Shown here: positions 10,015-20,473 of the stretch, piece after piece
How positions within the stretch are numbered: position 1 is the stretch's first letter
How the letters are laid out: every line of letters starts with the position of its first letter
Assembly: GCA_034659895.1 (NCBI GenBank)
Contig: JAYEIF010000104.1
Location: 1 to 60,472, forward strand
Source: Candidatus Zixiibacteriota bacterium
GTDB lineage: Bacteria; Zixibacteria; MSB-5A5; GN15; FEB-12
Direction: 5' to 3'
Length of the DNA stretch: 60,472 bases
Made by a program: the position numbers and the translations under genes
Notes under the pieces: model-generated
Told to the model about the DNA's origin: nothing
What the model saw: only the letters and a program-made list of their open reading frames with translations
Database searches by the model: none

Positions 10015-10392
10015 ATGATGAGTGATAAAAATGTACAGAAAGTAAAAAGAGCACAACGTCGCCGAGATAGAGTGCGCGGAAAGATTTCAGGAACAGCCCA
10101 GCTACCTCGTCTGACGGTGTGTAAATCGCTTAAGAATGTATTTGTACAGATTATTGACGATGAAAAAATGGTCACTTTGGCTGCGGCAGCATCGAATTCT
10201 AAAAATGTAAGTGAACATATCAAATCGGATATGAACAAGAGTCAGGTATCAAAGAAAGTCGGCGAGGTGATTGCGGCTGAGGCTAAAGCTAAGAATATTG
10301 AAACAGTGGTATTCGATCGTAATCAATATCAATATCGCGGACGCGTCAAAGCAATGGCTGAAGGTGCTCGCGAAGGCGGCCTTAAGTTTTAG
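10015..10392 (+). CDS. rplR: 50S ribosomal protein L18
   Basis: 125 aa, L18-like C-terminus (YRGRVKAMAEGAREGGLKF). Confidence 0.93.
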   Translation: MMSDKNVQKVKRAQRRRDRVRGKISGTAQLPRLTVCKSLKNVFVQIIDDEKMVTLAAAASNSKNVSEHIKSDMNKSQVSKKVGEVIAAEAKAKNIETVVFDRNQYQYRGRVKAMAEGAREGGLKF

Positions 10393-10433
10393 ATAAATAA
10401 TTGGTTTATTATCAATATAGAATGAGGTAAAGA

Positions 10434-10916
10434 TTGGCACGTTTTGGCATGGACACACTCGAGTTTGAAGAAAAGGTCATAACTATTAAGCGTGTAGCTA
10501 AGGTAGTTAAGGGTGGACGACGATTCAGCTTTACGGCTTTAGTTGCTGTTGGCGACAAGAAGGGAAAGGTTGGAATTGGTCACGGCAAGGCACCTGAGGT
10601 GGCGGATGCAATTCGCAAGGGTACCGAAGTAGCCCGCGGCTCGATGGTCAATATCAGTCTCATCAAAGGTACAATTCCCCATCGGATAGATGGTGTCTTT
10701 GGTGCTTCAACAGTGGTAATGAGGCCTGCTTCTCCTGGTACTGGCGTAATTGCTGGTGGTCCGGTTCGTGCGGTTTTGGAATCGCTTGGCGTTCAGGATA
10801 TCTTGGCAAAGGTATTGGGAAGTCGTAACACTCATAATGTAGTCAAGGCTACTATGAATGGGTTAGCTATATTACGTACACGAGAGGAAGAGCTCAAAGA
10901 ACGTCAGGAAATCTGA
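10434..10916 (+). CDS. rpsE: 30S ribosomal protein S5
   Basis: 160 aa, TTG start 6 nt after GAGG, motif [14 protein letters not shown]. Confidence 0.93.
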   Translation: MARFGMDTLEFEEKVITIKRVAKVVKGGRRFSFTALVAVGDKKGKVGIGHGKAPEVADAIRKGTEVARGSMVNISLIKGTIPHRIDGVFGASTVVMRPASPGTGVIAGGPVRAVLESLGVQDILAKVLGSRNTHNVVKATMNGLAILRTREEELKERQEI

Positions 10917-10945
10917 CTCTTGTGTTCGATAGAGGATTGTTATTT

Positions 10946-11128
10946 ATGACCAAATTGAAAGTAACACAAATTCGGAGTACGATTGATCGAATAGAAGCTC
11001 AGAAGAGAACGATCAAGGCACTCGGACTTGGTAAATTGCATCGGACAGTAGTGCATAATGACACTCCTCAGATAAGGGGAATGATTAATGCTGTCCTGCA
11101 TTTGGTGAAAGTAGAAGAGATAGACTAA
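10946..11128 (+). CDS. rpmD: 50S ribosomal protein L30
   Basis: 60 aa from ATG 10946 ([13 protein letters not shown]..). The tracked ORF starts earlier, at GTG 10922. Confidence 0.88.
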   Translation: MTKLKVTQIRSTIDRIEAQKRTIKALGLGKLHRTVVHNDTPQIRGMINAVLHLVKVEEID

Positions 11129-11137
11129 GGTGATAAT

Positions 11138-11578
11138 ATGGATCTTCACACAATAAAATCGCCCGTTGGTTCAAAAAAGAAATGTAAGCGCCTTGGGCAT
11201 GGAACTGGAAGTGGTACTGGTAAGACCTCGGGACGCGGACACAGAGGTATGGGACAGCGTAGCGGTTATAACAAGTTTTCGGGACATGAAGGCGGACAGA
11301 TGCCATTGCATCGTCGTATTCCAAAGTTTGGGTTTGCTAATATCTTCAAAAAAGAGTTTCAGATTGTCAATCTTTCCAGTCTCAATCTAAAGTGTGAGCA
11401 GGGTGAAGTGACTGTTGAGACTCTGAAAGATGTTGGGTTAGTGAAGAAAACTAATGTTCCGGTTAAGATTCTTGGTGGTGGCAATGTTGATAAAGCCTTT
11501 ACAGTTAAAGCTGCTGTCTTCAGTAAGTCAGCAAAAGCAAAGCTTGAAGAGGCCGGTGGAAAAGCCGAGGTGGTATAG
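11138..11578 (+). CDS. rplO: 50S ribosomal protein L15
   Basis: 146 aa, Gly-rich N-terminal region (GHGTGSGTGKTSGRGHRG). Confidence 0.93.
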   Translation: MDLHTIKSPVGSKKKCKRLGHGTGSGTGKTSGRGHRGMGQRSGYNKFSGHEGGQMPLHRRIPKFGFANIFKKEFQIVNLSSLNLKCEQGEVTVETLKDVGLVKKTNVPVKILGGGNVDKAFTVKAAVFSKSAKAKLEEAGGKAEVV

Positions 11579-12888
11579 TGCTTGAAACCTTCAAATCTAT
11601 TTTCAAGGTCGAAGAACTAAGGAAAAGGATTTTCTATACCCTTGCTCTTTTAGTTGTCTATCGGATTGGAGGTCATATTCCTACCCCCGGTGTTGATGGG
11701 AATATTCTGACTTCTGTCTTGGCGAATAATACTATCTTTGGCCTTTTTGATATGTTCGTCGGTGGAGCATTTGCTAAGGCGACTGTTTTTGCACTTGGCA
11801 TTATGCCATATATTTCGGCTTCCATTATGTTTCAGCTATTGGGTGCAGTGGTACCTTATTTACAGCGTTTGCAACGTGAGGGTGAGGAAGGCCGACAAAA
11901 GATTACACAATATACTCGTTATCTGACTGTTTTAATTGCTTCTCTCCAGGCATGGGGTACGGCGAGTTATTTGACGACTGTAAAAAGTAGCTCTGGAATC
12001 TCTGCTGTACACATGGATACTGCATCTTTTATTCCTCTTACTATTTTGACTTTTACCTGCGGTACAATTTTTATTATGTGGTTGGGTGAGCAAATTACTG
12101 AGCGAGGAATTGGCAACGGAATCTCGCTCATTATTTTCATTGGCATTATTGCTCGTTTTCCAGAAGCAGTTATACAGGAAACTATGCTAATCTGGCATGG
12201 AAGTCATGACTTTATTATTGGTGTGACTATGTTGGCAATGATGCTTTTGGTAATTGCGGCAGTTATTATGGTAACTCGCGCTCAACGCCGAGTGCCTGTT
12301 CAGTATCCTCGTAAGGTGGTGGGACGTAAGGTGTTTGGGGGAGCATCCACGCACCTTCCTTTGTCGGTTAACTCTGCTGGCGTGATTCCAATCATCTTTG
12401 CTCAATCCATTATGTTTTTGCCATCGACCGCAGCTCAGCTTTTTCCTACAACCGATTGGGTGCAGAATTTGGTGGCTGTCTGGTTAGCCCCGGGTGGTTT
12501 GTGGTACTCGATAATCTATGGTCTGATTATTGTATTCTTTGGTTATTTCTATACAGCGATTGTTTTTAATCCAATGGAAATTGCTGATAACATGCGTAAA
12601 AACGGTGGGTATATTCCAGGTATTCGCCCCGGAAAAAATACGTCTCAGTATGTAGAAAAGATTTTAACTCGTATTACTCTTCCAGGAGCATTATTCTTTG
12701 CTGCTATAGCTATCCTGCCTTGGGTGTTGATTGGAAAGTTCAATGTAAACTTTTATTTTGGCGGCACGGGGCTTTTGATTGTTGTAGGTGTAGCACTTGA
12801 TACACTGCAGCAAATCGAGTCTCATCTGATGATGCGCCACTATGATGGATTTATGAAGAAGGGTAAGATTCGCGGTAGGTCAATGTGA
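11578..12888 (+). CDS. secY: Preprotein translocase subunit SecY
   Basis: 436 aa, multi-TM, SecY-like sequence. GTG start overlaps the rplO stop by 1 nt. Confidence 0.96.
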   Translation: MLETFKSIFKVEELRKRIFYTLALLVVYRIGGHIPTPGVDGNILTSVLANNTIFGLFDMFVGGAFAKATVFALGIMPYISASIMFQLLGAVVPYLQRLQREGEEGRQKITQYTRYLTVLIASLQAWGTASYLTTVKSSSGISAVHMDTASFIPLTILTFTCGTIFIMWLGEQITERGIGNGISLIIFIGIIARFPEAVIQETMLIWHGSHDFIIGVTMLAMMLLVIAAVIMVTRAQRRVPVQYPRKVVGRKVFGGASTHLPLSVNSAGVIPIIFAQSIMFLPSTAAQLFPTTDWVQNLVAVWLAPGGLWYSIIYGLIIVFFGYFYTAIVFNPMEIADNMRKNGGYIPGIRPGKNTSQYVEKILTRITLPGALFFAAIAILPWVLIGKFNVNFYFGGTGLLIVVGVALDTLQQIESHLMMRHYDGFMKKGKIRGRSM

Positions 12889-13553
12889 TGAAGAATGTAA
12901 TATTCCTTGGCCCTCCGGGGTCGGGAAAGGGAACACAAGCAGAAAAATTGGCTCAGGAATTTGGACTTTTACATTTGTCCACAGGCAACTTGTTGCGTGA
13001 TGATGTTAAAAAGGAAACAGAATTGGGCAAGCAGGCTAAGGAATATATGGAGCGCGGTGATTTGGTACCTGATGACCTGTTAGTGGGGTTGATTGAATCC
13101 AAATTAGCCGACGGAGAATTTGGGAATGGGGTTATTCTTGATGGCTTCCCGCGCACTATTTCACAGGCTGAAAGCCTTAAGGAAATGTTAGACAAGAAAA
13201 ATATGATAATGGAAGCTGCTGTTCTCCTTCAGGTATCGGATGAAGAAGTTGTCCGAAGACTCTCTGGGCGTTGGTTTTGCCCAACCTGTCAACGTGTTTA
13301 CAATTATTCTTCGAATATGCCCAAGAGGGAAGGAATTTGCGATAGTGACGGGACCAAACTACAGCGGAGGTCTGATGATGAAGAGTCGGTTGTGCATAAC
13401 CGTCTCAATGTTTACAAAAAGCAAATTCAGCCTGTTGAGGATTTTTATCGTAAGGAATCAATCTTGGTAGAGGTGAATGGAAATCAATCACCTGTGTCTG
13501 TTTTTAATGATTTGTTGAAGGTAATGAAGGGCGAGAAATTCTCTTTGAAGTAA
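12888..13553 (+). CDS. adk: Adenylate kinase (Zn-lid type)
   Basis: P-loop GPPGSGKGT. Lid CPTC..CDSD. ATG 12888 overlaps the secY TGA; GTG 12885 is also possible. Confidence 0.95.
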   Translation: MKNVIFLGPPGSGKGTQAEKLAQEFGLLHLSTGNLLRDDVKKETELGKQAKEYMERGDLVPDDLLVGLIESKLADGEFGNGVILDGFPRTISQAESLKEMLDKKNMIMEAAVLLQVSDEEVVRRLSGRWFCPTCQRVYNYSSNMPKREGICDSDGTKLQRRSDDEESVVHNRLNVYKKQIQPVEDFYRKESILVEVNGNQSPVSVFNDLLKVMKGEKFSLK

Positions 13554-13563
13554 TGGGATTGTT

Positions 13564-14313
13564 ATGATAAAGCTAAAAAATAAAGATGAGATAGATATTT
13601 TGCGTAGAGCTGGGCATGTGGTAGCAAGGACTCTTGACATGGTTGGCAAAATGGATCTTGAAGGTATGACCACTGGTGAACTGGATCGTATTATTGAAGA
13701 ATATATCCGCTCGCAAGATAATGCTGTCCCTGGTTTCAAAGGATATCAGGGTTTCCCTGCTTCAGCCTGCATTTCAATCAATGAGGAAGTGGTTCACGGT
13801 ATTCCCGGCAAGCGGATAATAAAAGCCGGAGAAATTGTGTCGGTTGATGTTGGCTCTATTGTGGATGGTTACTATGGCGATTCTGCCAGAACTTATTCAG
13901 TGGGGGAGATATCTGAGGATAAAGCTAAGCTCATGGAGTGGACAAAAAAATCATTGATGTCAGGGATTGACAAAGGCAGAAAAGATAATAAATTGGGTGC
14001 CATATCTTCGGCTGTTCAGCAGGTTGCAGAGAGTCAGGGATATGGTGTTGTGCGTACCCTCGTTGGACACGGTGTTGGACAACAGTTGCATGAGGAACCA
14101 CAGGTGCCAAACTTCGGTTCTCCTGATGATGGTCCAATTTTGAAGGTTGGTATGGTTTTGGCAATTGAACCAATGGTCAATATGGGCACAGAAAATACCA
14201 GGACGATGCCGGATGGATGGACGGAAGTAACCGCTGATGGGCAACCATCGGCACATTTTGAACATACAATTGTAATTACGGATAGTGAACCGGAAATATT
14301 GACAGCGGTGTAA
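13564..14313 (+). CDS. map: Type I methionine aminopeptidase
   Basis: 249 aa, MetAP metal-ligand context (VDVG.., GHGVG, EPM, EHT). Confidence 0.95.
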   Translation: MIKLKNKDEIDILRRAGHVVARTLDMVGKMDLEGMTTGELDRIIEEYIRSQDNAVPGFKGYQGFPASACISINEEVVHGIPGKRIIKAGEIVSVDVGSIVDGYYGDSARTYSVGEISEDKAKLMEWTKKSLMSGIDKGRKDNKLGAISSAVQQVAESQGYGVVRTLVGHGVGQQLHEEPQVPNFGSPDDGPILKVGMVLAIEPMVNMGTENTRTMPDGWTEVTADGQPSAHFEHTIVITDSEPEILTAV

Positions 14314-14322
14314 GTAGAGCGA

Positions 14323-14541
14323 ATGGCGAAGGAAGAAACGATACAGGTTGAAGGTAAGGTGATTAAAACTCTGCCTAATGCTATGTTTCAAGTAGAGCTG
14401 GATAACGGTCATGTTGTTCTGGCACACATTTCCGGTAAGATGAGGATGCATTTTATCAAGATACTGAAGGGTGATAAGGTTACTATGGAACTGTCGCCCT
14501 ATGATTTGGATAGAGGACGTATAACATACCGTTATAAGTAG
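14323..14541 (+). CDS. infA: Translation initiation factor IF-1
   Basis: 72 aa, S1-like IF-1 sequence ([13 protein letters not shown].. GRITYRYK). Confidence 0.96.
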   Translation: MAKEETIQVEGKVIKTLPNAMFQVELDNGHVVLAHISGKMRMHFIKILKGDKVTMELSPYDLDRGRITYRYK

Positions 14542-14575
14542 GTTAAGCTACTTCACGGTTTGAATGGTGGAAATT

Positions 14576-14692
14576 ATGAAAGTTCATTCTGCGATTAAAA
14601 AGCGCTGCGAGTATTGTAAAATTGTTAAACGCAAAGGCGTTCTGAGAGTGATTTGTTCACGGAACCCGAGTCATAAGCAGCGTCAGGGATAG
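14576..14692 (+). CDS. rpmJ: 50S ribosomal protein L36 (zinc form)
   Basis: Absent from the ORF track because it is under 60 aa. Hand translation gives [38 protein letters not shown] (38 aa) with a C-x2-C-x12-C-x5-H pattern, in the canonical infA-rpmJ-rpsM position. Confidence 0.9.
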   Translation: MKVHSAIKKRCEYCKIVKRKGVLRVICSRNPSHKQRQG

Positions 14693-14726
14693 AAAATATG
14701 TTGTTGAATAGAGTAAGGAGATTGGT

Positions 14727-15113
14727 TTGGCCAGAATAGCTGGTGTTGATTTACCTAAAGGAAAGCGTATTCAGATAGGGTTGCGGTATATTTATGGTAT
14801 TGGACCTTATCGAGCCGACGAGATATTGAAAAAGACTAATATTGACTCTGATATACGTGTCAATAAGCTCTCGGACGAGGATATAAATAAACTGCGGAAG
14901 ATCATTGAGAATGACTATGATGTAGAAGGTGCACTCCGCAGTGAAATACAGATGAATATCAAACGCTTGGTGGATATTGGTAGTTATCGTGGACTCAGGC
15001 ACCGTCGTAGTTTACCAGTCCATGGACAGAGAACTAAGACTAATGCCCGCACTCGTAAGGGACCGAAGAGAGCAATCGGTGGTCTGAAGAGAAAACCGAT
15101 AGGGAAAAAATAA
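14727..15113 (+). CDS. rpsM: 30S ribosomal protein S13
   Basis: 128 aa, TTG start after [17 protein letters not shown]13 N-terminus. Confidence 0.95.
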   Translation: MARIAGVDLPKGKRIQIGLRYIYGIGPYRADEILKKTNIDSDIRVNKLSDEDINKLRKIIENDYDVEGALRSEIQMNIKRLVDIGSYRGLRHRRSLPVHGQRTKTNARTRKGPKRAIGGLKRKPIGKK

Positions 15114-15139
15114 CCCACAGATTTGTTTTGAGGTGTTAA

Positions 15140-15535
15140 GTGGCTGATGTTAAGAAAAAAAGTAAATCGCATAAGAAATCGCGCAAGGTTGATGCCAACG
15201 GCATTGTTCATGTGAAGGCAACCTTTAACAATACGATTATTACACTAACAGATAATGTTGGCAAAACTATCTCGTGGGGTAGTGCAGGTCGGGTAGGTTT
15301 TAAGGGTTCTAAAAAATCGACCCCGTTTGCAGCACAGCAGGCATCTACTAATGCGGCGAAAGAAGCAATGGATATGGGATTGCGTCGAGTTGAGGTGTGG
15401 GTTAGAGGTCCCGGATCGGGACGCGAAGCGGCCATTCGATCTTTATCGGCTGCTGGTCTCGAGATTGTGGTTATTAAGGATGTAACACCGATTCCACACA
15501 ATGGTTGCAGACCACCAAAACGCCGTCGGGTATAA
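15140..15535 (+). CDS. rpsK: 30S ribosomal protein S11
   Basis: 131 aa, GTG start after GAGGTG, S11 C-terminus ([18 protein letters not shown]). Confidence 0.95.
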   Translation: MADVKKKSKSHKKSRKVDANGIVHVKATFNNTIITLTDNVGKTISWGSAGRVGFKGSKKSTPFAAQQASTNAAKEAMDMGLRRVEVWVRGPGSGREAAIRSLSAAGLEIVVIKDVTPIPHNGCRPPKRRRV

Positions 15536-15577
15536 ATTGATTTTGAATAAGAAATATATTTGATTATAGGAGACTGA

Positions 15578-16207
15578 ATGGCTCGATATCGTGAAGCTAG
15601 CTGTAAACTCTGTCGACGTGAAGGAGAAAAACTCTTTCTTAAAGGTACGCGATGTCTTTCTGACAAATGTGCTATTGAAAGACGACAGTATGCCCCAGGC
15701 CAACATGGCATGAGTAGGCGTCGAAAAATATCCCCTTATGGAATACAGTTGAGAGAAAAGCAGAAAATCCGTCGTATTTATGGTGTTTTAGAAAAGCAGT
15801 TTAGAAACTATTTTAAGAAAGCTGATCTCAAGAGTGGTGTAACAGGTGAGATTCTTCTTCAGATGCTTGAGACACGATTAGATAATGTTGTTTATCGATT
15901 GGGTTTTGCGCCTTCTCGTAAGTCTGCCCGCCAATTGGTGCGGCATCGACATGTGACTGTCGGAGGTCATATTGTTGACATACCAGCATATAATGTTAGA
16001 CCTAATGAAATAATTAAAATAAAAGAAAAGGCAAAGAATTTTAGTATGATACATGCTGCCCTTAAGGAAGTGGGAAGATGTGAGGATTACGCTTGGCTTC
16101 GGCTTAACAAAGCAGGCCTTGAAGGTGAACTCCTCGAGATTCCCAAGAGGGCAGATATACCATTGACAGTCAACGAACAGTTAGTTGTAGAGTTGTACTC
16201 CAAGTAA
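15578..16207 (+). CDS. rpsD: 30S ribosomal protein S4
   Basis: 209 aa, MARYREASCKLCRREG.. S4 N-terminus and S4 RNA-binding domain. Confidence 0.95.
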   Translation: MARYREASCKLCRREGEKLFLKGTRCLSDKCAIERRQYAPGQHGMSRRRKISPYGIQLREKQKIRRIYGVLEKQFRNYFKKADLKSGVTGEILLQMLETRLDNVVYRLGFAPSRKSARQLVRHRHVTVGGHIVDIPAYNVRPNEIIKIKEKAKNFSMIHAALKEVGRCEDYAWLRLNKAGLEGELLEIPKRADIPLTVNEQLVVELYSK

Positions 16208-16239
16208 GGAAGTGTCCCTTTGGGAGGTATTTTCGCAGT

Positions 16240-17220
16240 ATGAAGTGGAAAGCATTGACAATGCCGAAGGAAGTTGTCAACGATCAATCGTCGGCGACTG
16301 AAAACTATTCTAGATTTATTATTGAACCCCTCGAGAGAGGTTATGGTACTACTCTCGGTAATGGGTTACGTCGTGTATTGCTGTCCTCCATTCAGGGGGC
16401 GGCTGTAGTGTCGATACGTATAAAAGGATGTCTCCATGAGTTCTCTACGATTGCTGGTGTCTATGAAGATATTTCTGAGATCGTACTCAATGTGAAGAAT
16501 GTCCGTGTCCGTATGAATTGTGACGACATGCGCAGTATTACTCTGCGGGCTAATTCTAAAGGGAAACTTACTGCAGGCGATATAGAAACCAGCTCTGAAA
16601 TCGAAATCCTCAATCCCGATCTGCATATCTGTGAATTGACTGAAGATATTGACTTCGAGCTTGAGCTTGATGTTGATTCCGGACGAAGCTACAATGTAGC
16701 TGAGCAGAATAAACGTCCTGATGCTCCTGCAGGAACTATCTTTGTTGATTCTCTCTTTTCTCCTGTAATCAAAGTTTCATATTACGTCGAGAGTACTCGC
16801 GTTGGTCATAAGACGGACTATGATCGGCTGATAATGGAAATTACAACAGATAGCGCCGTTACCCCTGAGGACGTCCTCAGTTATGCGGCTAAACTTCTAA
16901 AGGATCACCTTCAGTTGTTTATCCACATGGATGAAGAAGTATTAGTGGAAGAAGAAATTGAAGAAGATGAGCAAACTTTAATGGTACGCAATCTTCTCAA
17001 TACACGTGTGGACGAACTGGAACTCTCAGTACGTTCGTCGAACTGTCTTCGTTCTGCCAACATACAGGTCATTCAAGATCTGGTAACGAAAACCGAATCA
17101 GAGATGCTCAAGTACCGCAACTTCGGACGCAAATCTCTCAACGAGATAAATACTATTCTCGATGAGATGAATCTGTCGTTCGGTATGGATATTTCCAAAT
17201 ATATTGAACCGCAAAACTGA
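16240..17220 (+). CDS. rpoA: DNA-directed RNA polymerase subunit alpha
   Basis: 326 aa, N-terminal domain plus C-terminal domain (ELELSVRSSNCL..), in alpha-operon position. Confidence 0.96.
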   Translation: MKWKALTMPKEVVNDQSSATENYSRFIIEPLERGYGTTLGNGLRRVLLSSIQGAAVVSIRIKGCLHEFSTIAGVYEDISEIVLNVKNVRVRMNCDDMRSITLRANSKGKLTAGDIETSSEIEILNPDLHICELTEDIDFELELDVDSGRSYNVAEQNKRPDAPAGTIFVDSLFSPVIKVSYYVESTRVGHKTDYDRLIMEITTDSAVTPEDVLSYAAKLLKDHLQLFIHMDEEVLVEEEIEEDEQTLMVRNLLNTRVDELELSVRSSNCLRSANIQVIQDLVTKTESEMLKYRNFGRKSLNEINTILDEMNLSFGMDISKYIEPQN

Positions 17221-17236
17221 GAATGTGTGATTAGAA

Positions 17237-17656
17237 ATGGGACATAGGGATAAAGTAAAGAAACTTGGACGAACCAGGTCACATCGCGAAGCAATGCTGG
17301 CTAATATGGCTATGTCATTGCTACAGCACCGTGTAATAAAAACCACTGATGCGAAAGCTAAAGCATTACAGCCGATAGTTGATCGAGTGATTTCTAATGC
17401 AAAGAAAAATACTCTGGTTTCAAAACGACAGGTAGCCAAGACTATTCGGCAGAAGGCTATTTTCAAGAAATTGTTTGTCGATATTCTCCCACATTTTCAG
17501 GACAGGGATTCTGGTTTCACTCGTGTGGTGAAAATGGGGGTTCGTCGTGGTGATGGTGCTCCAATATCGATTGTGGAACTATTGACTCCTCAACCGAAAA
17601 TCGAAACTGATAAAAAAGGGAAGAAATCAAAGAAAACTGATACAACAAAGAAATAG
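17237..17656 (+). CDS. rplQ: 50S ribosomal protein L17
   Basis: 139 aa, KLGRTRSHREAMLANM L17 motif, short Lys-rich tail. Confidence 0.93.
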   Translation: MGHRDKVKKLGRTRSHREAMLANMAMSLLQHRVIKTTDAKAKALQPIVDRVISNAKKNTLVSKRQVAKTIRQKAIFKKLFVDILPHFQDRDSGFTRVVKMGVRRGDGAPISIVELLTPQPKIETDKKGKKSKKTDTTKK

Positions 17657-17690
17657 ACTTTCATTTCTATACAGTCAGAAAACTTTTCAG

Positions 17691-17722
17691 GCCCGTTATT
17701 CCAGCGGGTCTTTTTTATTTTT
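17691..17722 (+). terminator. Weak rho-independent terminator after rplQ
   Basis: GCCCG-ttattcca-CGGGT stem (5 bp including one G.T) followed by CTTTTTTATTTTT. Lies between convergent rplQ and the TPK gene. Confidence 0.4.
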
Positions 17723-17749
17723 GGAGAATAATGTCCTGACGGTTCAAAG

Positions 17750-18424
17750 TTATTCATAACTGTGGGAAGAATAGCGTCGTCTGAAATTGCGTATTATTAG
17801 CGCCTTTCCATGAATGTGAAATGTTGCCTTGTGGTCTGTGATGTGATTGCGCAGACTGCGGGTTTCACCCAAAGCAAGATTGGCGTTTTTGACCTTGTAT
17901 TCAGCTCCTGTAACATCGAGAACTATCTTTGGCGACAATGGTAGTATTGATACAATATCCCCTACACAGTCAAGAAATGTCACTGTATTATCAACTACTA
18001 ATTTGATTTCATATTTCGGGTTAATAATACGGATATTGTTCTGTATTTTGCTATCAGAAATTAGATTGCTATGTGCCAGAAGAAAGATGTTTCCTAAAAA
18101 ATGGTCAATCTCACCAACGTTTGGTTGTATAATATCAATGGTGCGAGCTTTTTCACTGAGGCAATATTCAACGGCTAAATGAAGATCGGTCTTATTCTTT
18201 CGGGACGGATATTTCAAAACTGTTGTAGTTGTGGGAAGGTTGCGAGGGAATCTTTTCAGTGAATCAAAATCACCGAGCATAATGTCAGGAAACAATCCAG
18301 CCTTGCGAAAAAAATTATAGCCGCCATCGACTGCTATTGTGCATTTAGAATGACATAGAGCTCTATAGAAAGGGATATCACTTTTGCGATATGATCCACG
18401 TATAAACAGTATGAAATCGTTCAT
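17750..18424 (-). CDS. Thiamine pyrophosphokinase
   Basis: GDFDS motif (MLGDFDSL) and TPK-like length from ATG 18424 (MNDFILFIRG..). The tracked ORF extends to ATG 18451, so the start is ambiguous. Confidence 0.8.
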   Translation of the reverse strand: MNDFILFIRGSYRKSDIPFYRALCHSKCTIAVDGGYNFFRKAGLFPDIMLGDFDSLKRFPRNLPTTTTVLKYPSRKNKTDLHLAVEYCLSEKARTIDIIQPNVGEIDHFLGNIFLLAHSNLISDSKIQNNIRIINPKYEIKLVVDNTVTFLDCVGDIVSILPLSPKIVLDVTGAEYKVKNANLALGETRSLRNHITDHKATFHIHGKALIIRNFRRRYSSHSYE

Positions 18425-18783
18425 TACAATTACAATCCCAGAGCAATGCAAGCCGCACCATGAAGAGAAATTCTCTCATCCATAACAGTATGCACGTTTA
18501 TTTTCAGCAGATGCTTTTCTAATTTGTCATATCTTGCAGAGCGTTCCATGAAAAATCCTTTATTCAATCATACAATATTTACAAATTATAACATATTGAA
18601 AGCTATTTGAAATAATAAAAACTGTCAAATATATCACTCTAAAGATAATGGCGAATAAGTCTGTAGCATATCCCAATATTTGGACGGTTTCATTCTTGAA
18701 TAAATGATAAAAAACACTTAGTAAGTGCTGTACTGAATCCTTTACAAAGGTTTTCCATCAGTTTATATTCTACCTTAATAGTA

Positions 18784-18797
18784 ATGACAATTGTCAT
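18784..18797. promoter_or_regulatory. Perfect 14-nt palindrome, candidate operator upstream of the carboxylase operon
   Basis: ATGACAATTGTCAT ends 44 nt upstream of the 18842 start codon, in the divergent promoter region. Confidence 0.3.
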
Positions 18798-18841
18798 CGA
18801 TAACACGGTTAAGGACATCTTAAGTTACGGAAGAAGTACTA

Positions 18842-20449
18842 ATGTTCAGGATAGAATCGAAAATCAACACTAATTCTGATGATTACAAAATCAATTATGA
18901 CTTAAATAAAAAGCAACATTCCGAGTTCAAGGAACGATTGGAAAAAGTCAAACTTGGCGGTCCGGAGAAATCGCGCCAGCGTCATATTGATCGCAACAAG
19001 TTATTAACACGTGATCGTATAGCTAAATTGCTTGATAAGAACACGCCCTTTCTCGAACTGGGTTCTCTTGCAGCTTATGACATGTACGACAACGATGCTC
19101 CTGCGGCTGGGATTATAACCGGAATTGGTTCTATCCACGGACGCGAAGTCATGGTTATAGCCAATGATGCTACAGTCAAAGGTGGCACATATTATCCAAT
19201 AACGATTCTCAAACATGCCCGCGCTCAACGAGTGGCTGAAGAGAATCATTTGCCCTGTATCTATCTCGTGGATTCCGGCGGTATTTTCCTTCCCCGTCAG
19301 TCCGGAACATTTCCAGACAAGGATCACTTCGGGCGCATTTTTTACAATCAGGCACGTATGTCCGCTAAGGGAATTACTCAGATTTCAGTTGTGATGGGCT
19401 CATGTACTGCGGGTGGTGCTTACTTACCGGCTATGTCTGATGAGACCATTATGGTTCGTAAACAGGCAACAATTTTTATCGGTGGGCCGCCACTTGTAAA
19501 GGCAGCCACTGGTGAAGTTGTATCTGCTGAGGATCTTGGTGGAGCCGACGTACACTGTCGTACCTCGGGCGTGTCAGATCACTATGCCCAGAACGATGAG
19601 CATGCATTAAAAATATGTCGAAATATCATAGAGAATCTTAATCGTTCAAATAAGTTCCACATTGATCTGGCCGCTACCGAGGAGCCGTACTATAATCCCG
19701 ATGAGCTGTATGGAATTGTATCAAACGACATTCGTAAACCATTTGATGTTCGTGAGGTTATTGCCCGTATTGTCGATGGCTCCCGATTTCACGAATTCAA
19801 GGAACTCTATGGGGCAACGTTAGTTACGGGGTTTGCTCGTATAATGGGTCACCCTGTCGGCATTCTTGGCAACAACGGTGTGCTGTTCTCTGAGTCGTCG
19901 CTAAAAGGTGCTCACTTTATTGAACTATGCACAGAACGCAAGATACCTTTGATATTTCTGCAAAACATTTCCGGGTTTATTGTTGGACGGCAGTACGAAG
20001 CTGGCGGTATTGCCCGTGACGGTGCCAAACTGGTTCATGCTGTAGCTAATGCCGATGTTCCTAAGTTCACAATTGTTGTCGGCGGCTCTTATGGTGCTGG
20101 TAATTATGCTATGTGTGGTCGTGGGTATTTCCCGCGTATCATGTGGATGTGGCCCAACGCAAAAATATGTGTTATGGGAGGTGAACAAGCGGCCGGTGTA
20201 CTTGCATCAGTGAAAATCAAGCAACTGGAAAAGGAAGGGCGTAAGCTGACCGAAGAAGAAATTAATAAAATTCGCAAGCCAATAATAGAAAAATACGAAG
20301 CTGAATCTACGCCGTATTATTCAGGAGCGCGATTGTGGGATGACGGAATGCTGGGATTCACTGAAACTCGTCAGGCACTCGCATTAGGTATCTCAGCCTC
20401 GCTCAATGCTGATATTCCCGATCAACAATACGGCGTGTTCAGAATGTAA
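18842..20449 (+). CDS. Methylcrotonyl-CoA carboxylase beta subunit (carboxyltransferase)
   Basis: 535 aa. Long blocks match remembered MCCC2-type sequence ([61 protein letters not shown]). Confidence 0.9.
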   Translation: MFRIESKINTNSDDYKINYDLNKKQHSEFKERLEKVKLGGPEKSRQRHIDRNKLLTRDRIAKLLDKNTPFLELGSLAAYDMYDNDAPAAGIITGIGSIHGREVMVIANDATVKGGTYYPITILKHARAQRVAEENHLPCIYLVDSGGIFLPRQSGTFPDKDHFGRIFYNQARMSAKGITQISVVMGSCTAGGAYLPAMSDETIMVRKQATIFIGGPPLVKAATGEVVSAEDLGGADVHCRTSGVSDHYAQNDEHALKICRNIIENLNRSNKFHIDLAATEEPYYNPDELYGIVSNDIRKPFDVREVIARIVDGSRFHEFKELYGATLVTGFARIMGHPVGILGNNGVLFSESSLKGAHFIELCTERKIPLIFLQNISGFIVGRQYEAGGIARDGAKLVHAVANADVPKFTIVVGGSYGAGNYAMCGRGYFPRIMWMWPNAKICVMGGEQAAGVLASVKIKQLEKEGRKLTEEEINKIRKPIIEKYEAESTPYYSGARLWDDGMLGFTETRQALALGISASLNADIPDQQYGVFRM

Positions 20450-20473
20450 TAATTGAAGGCTGGAAAAATTTCT

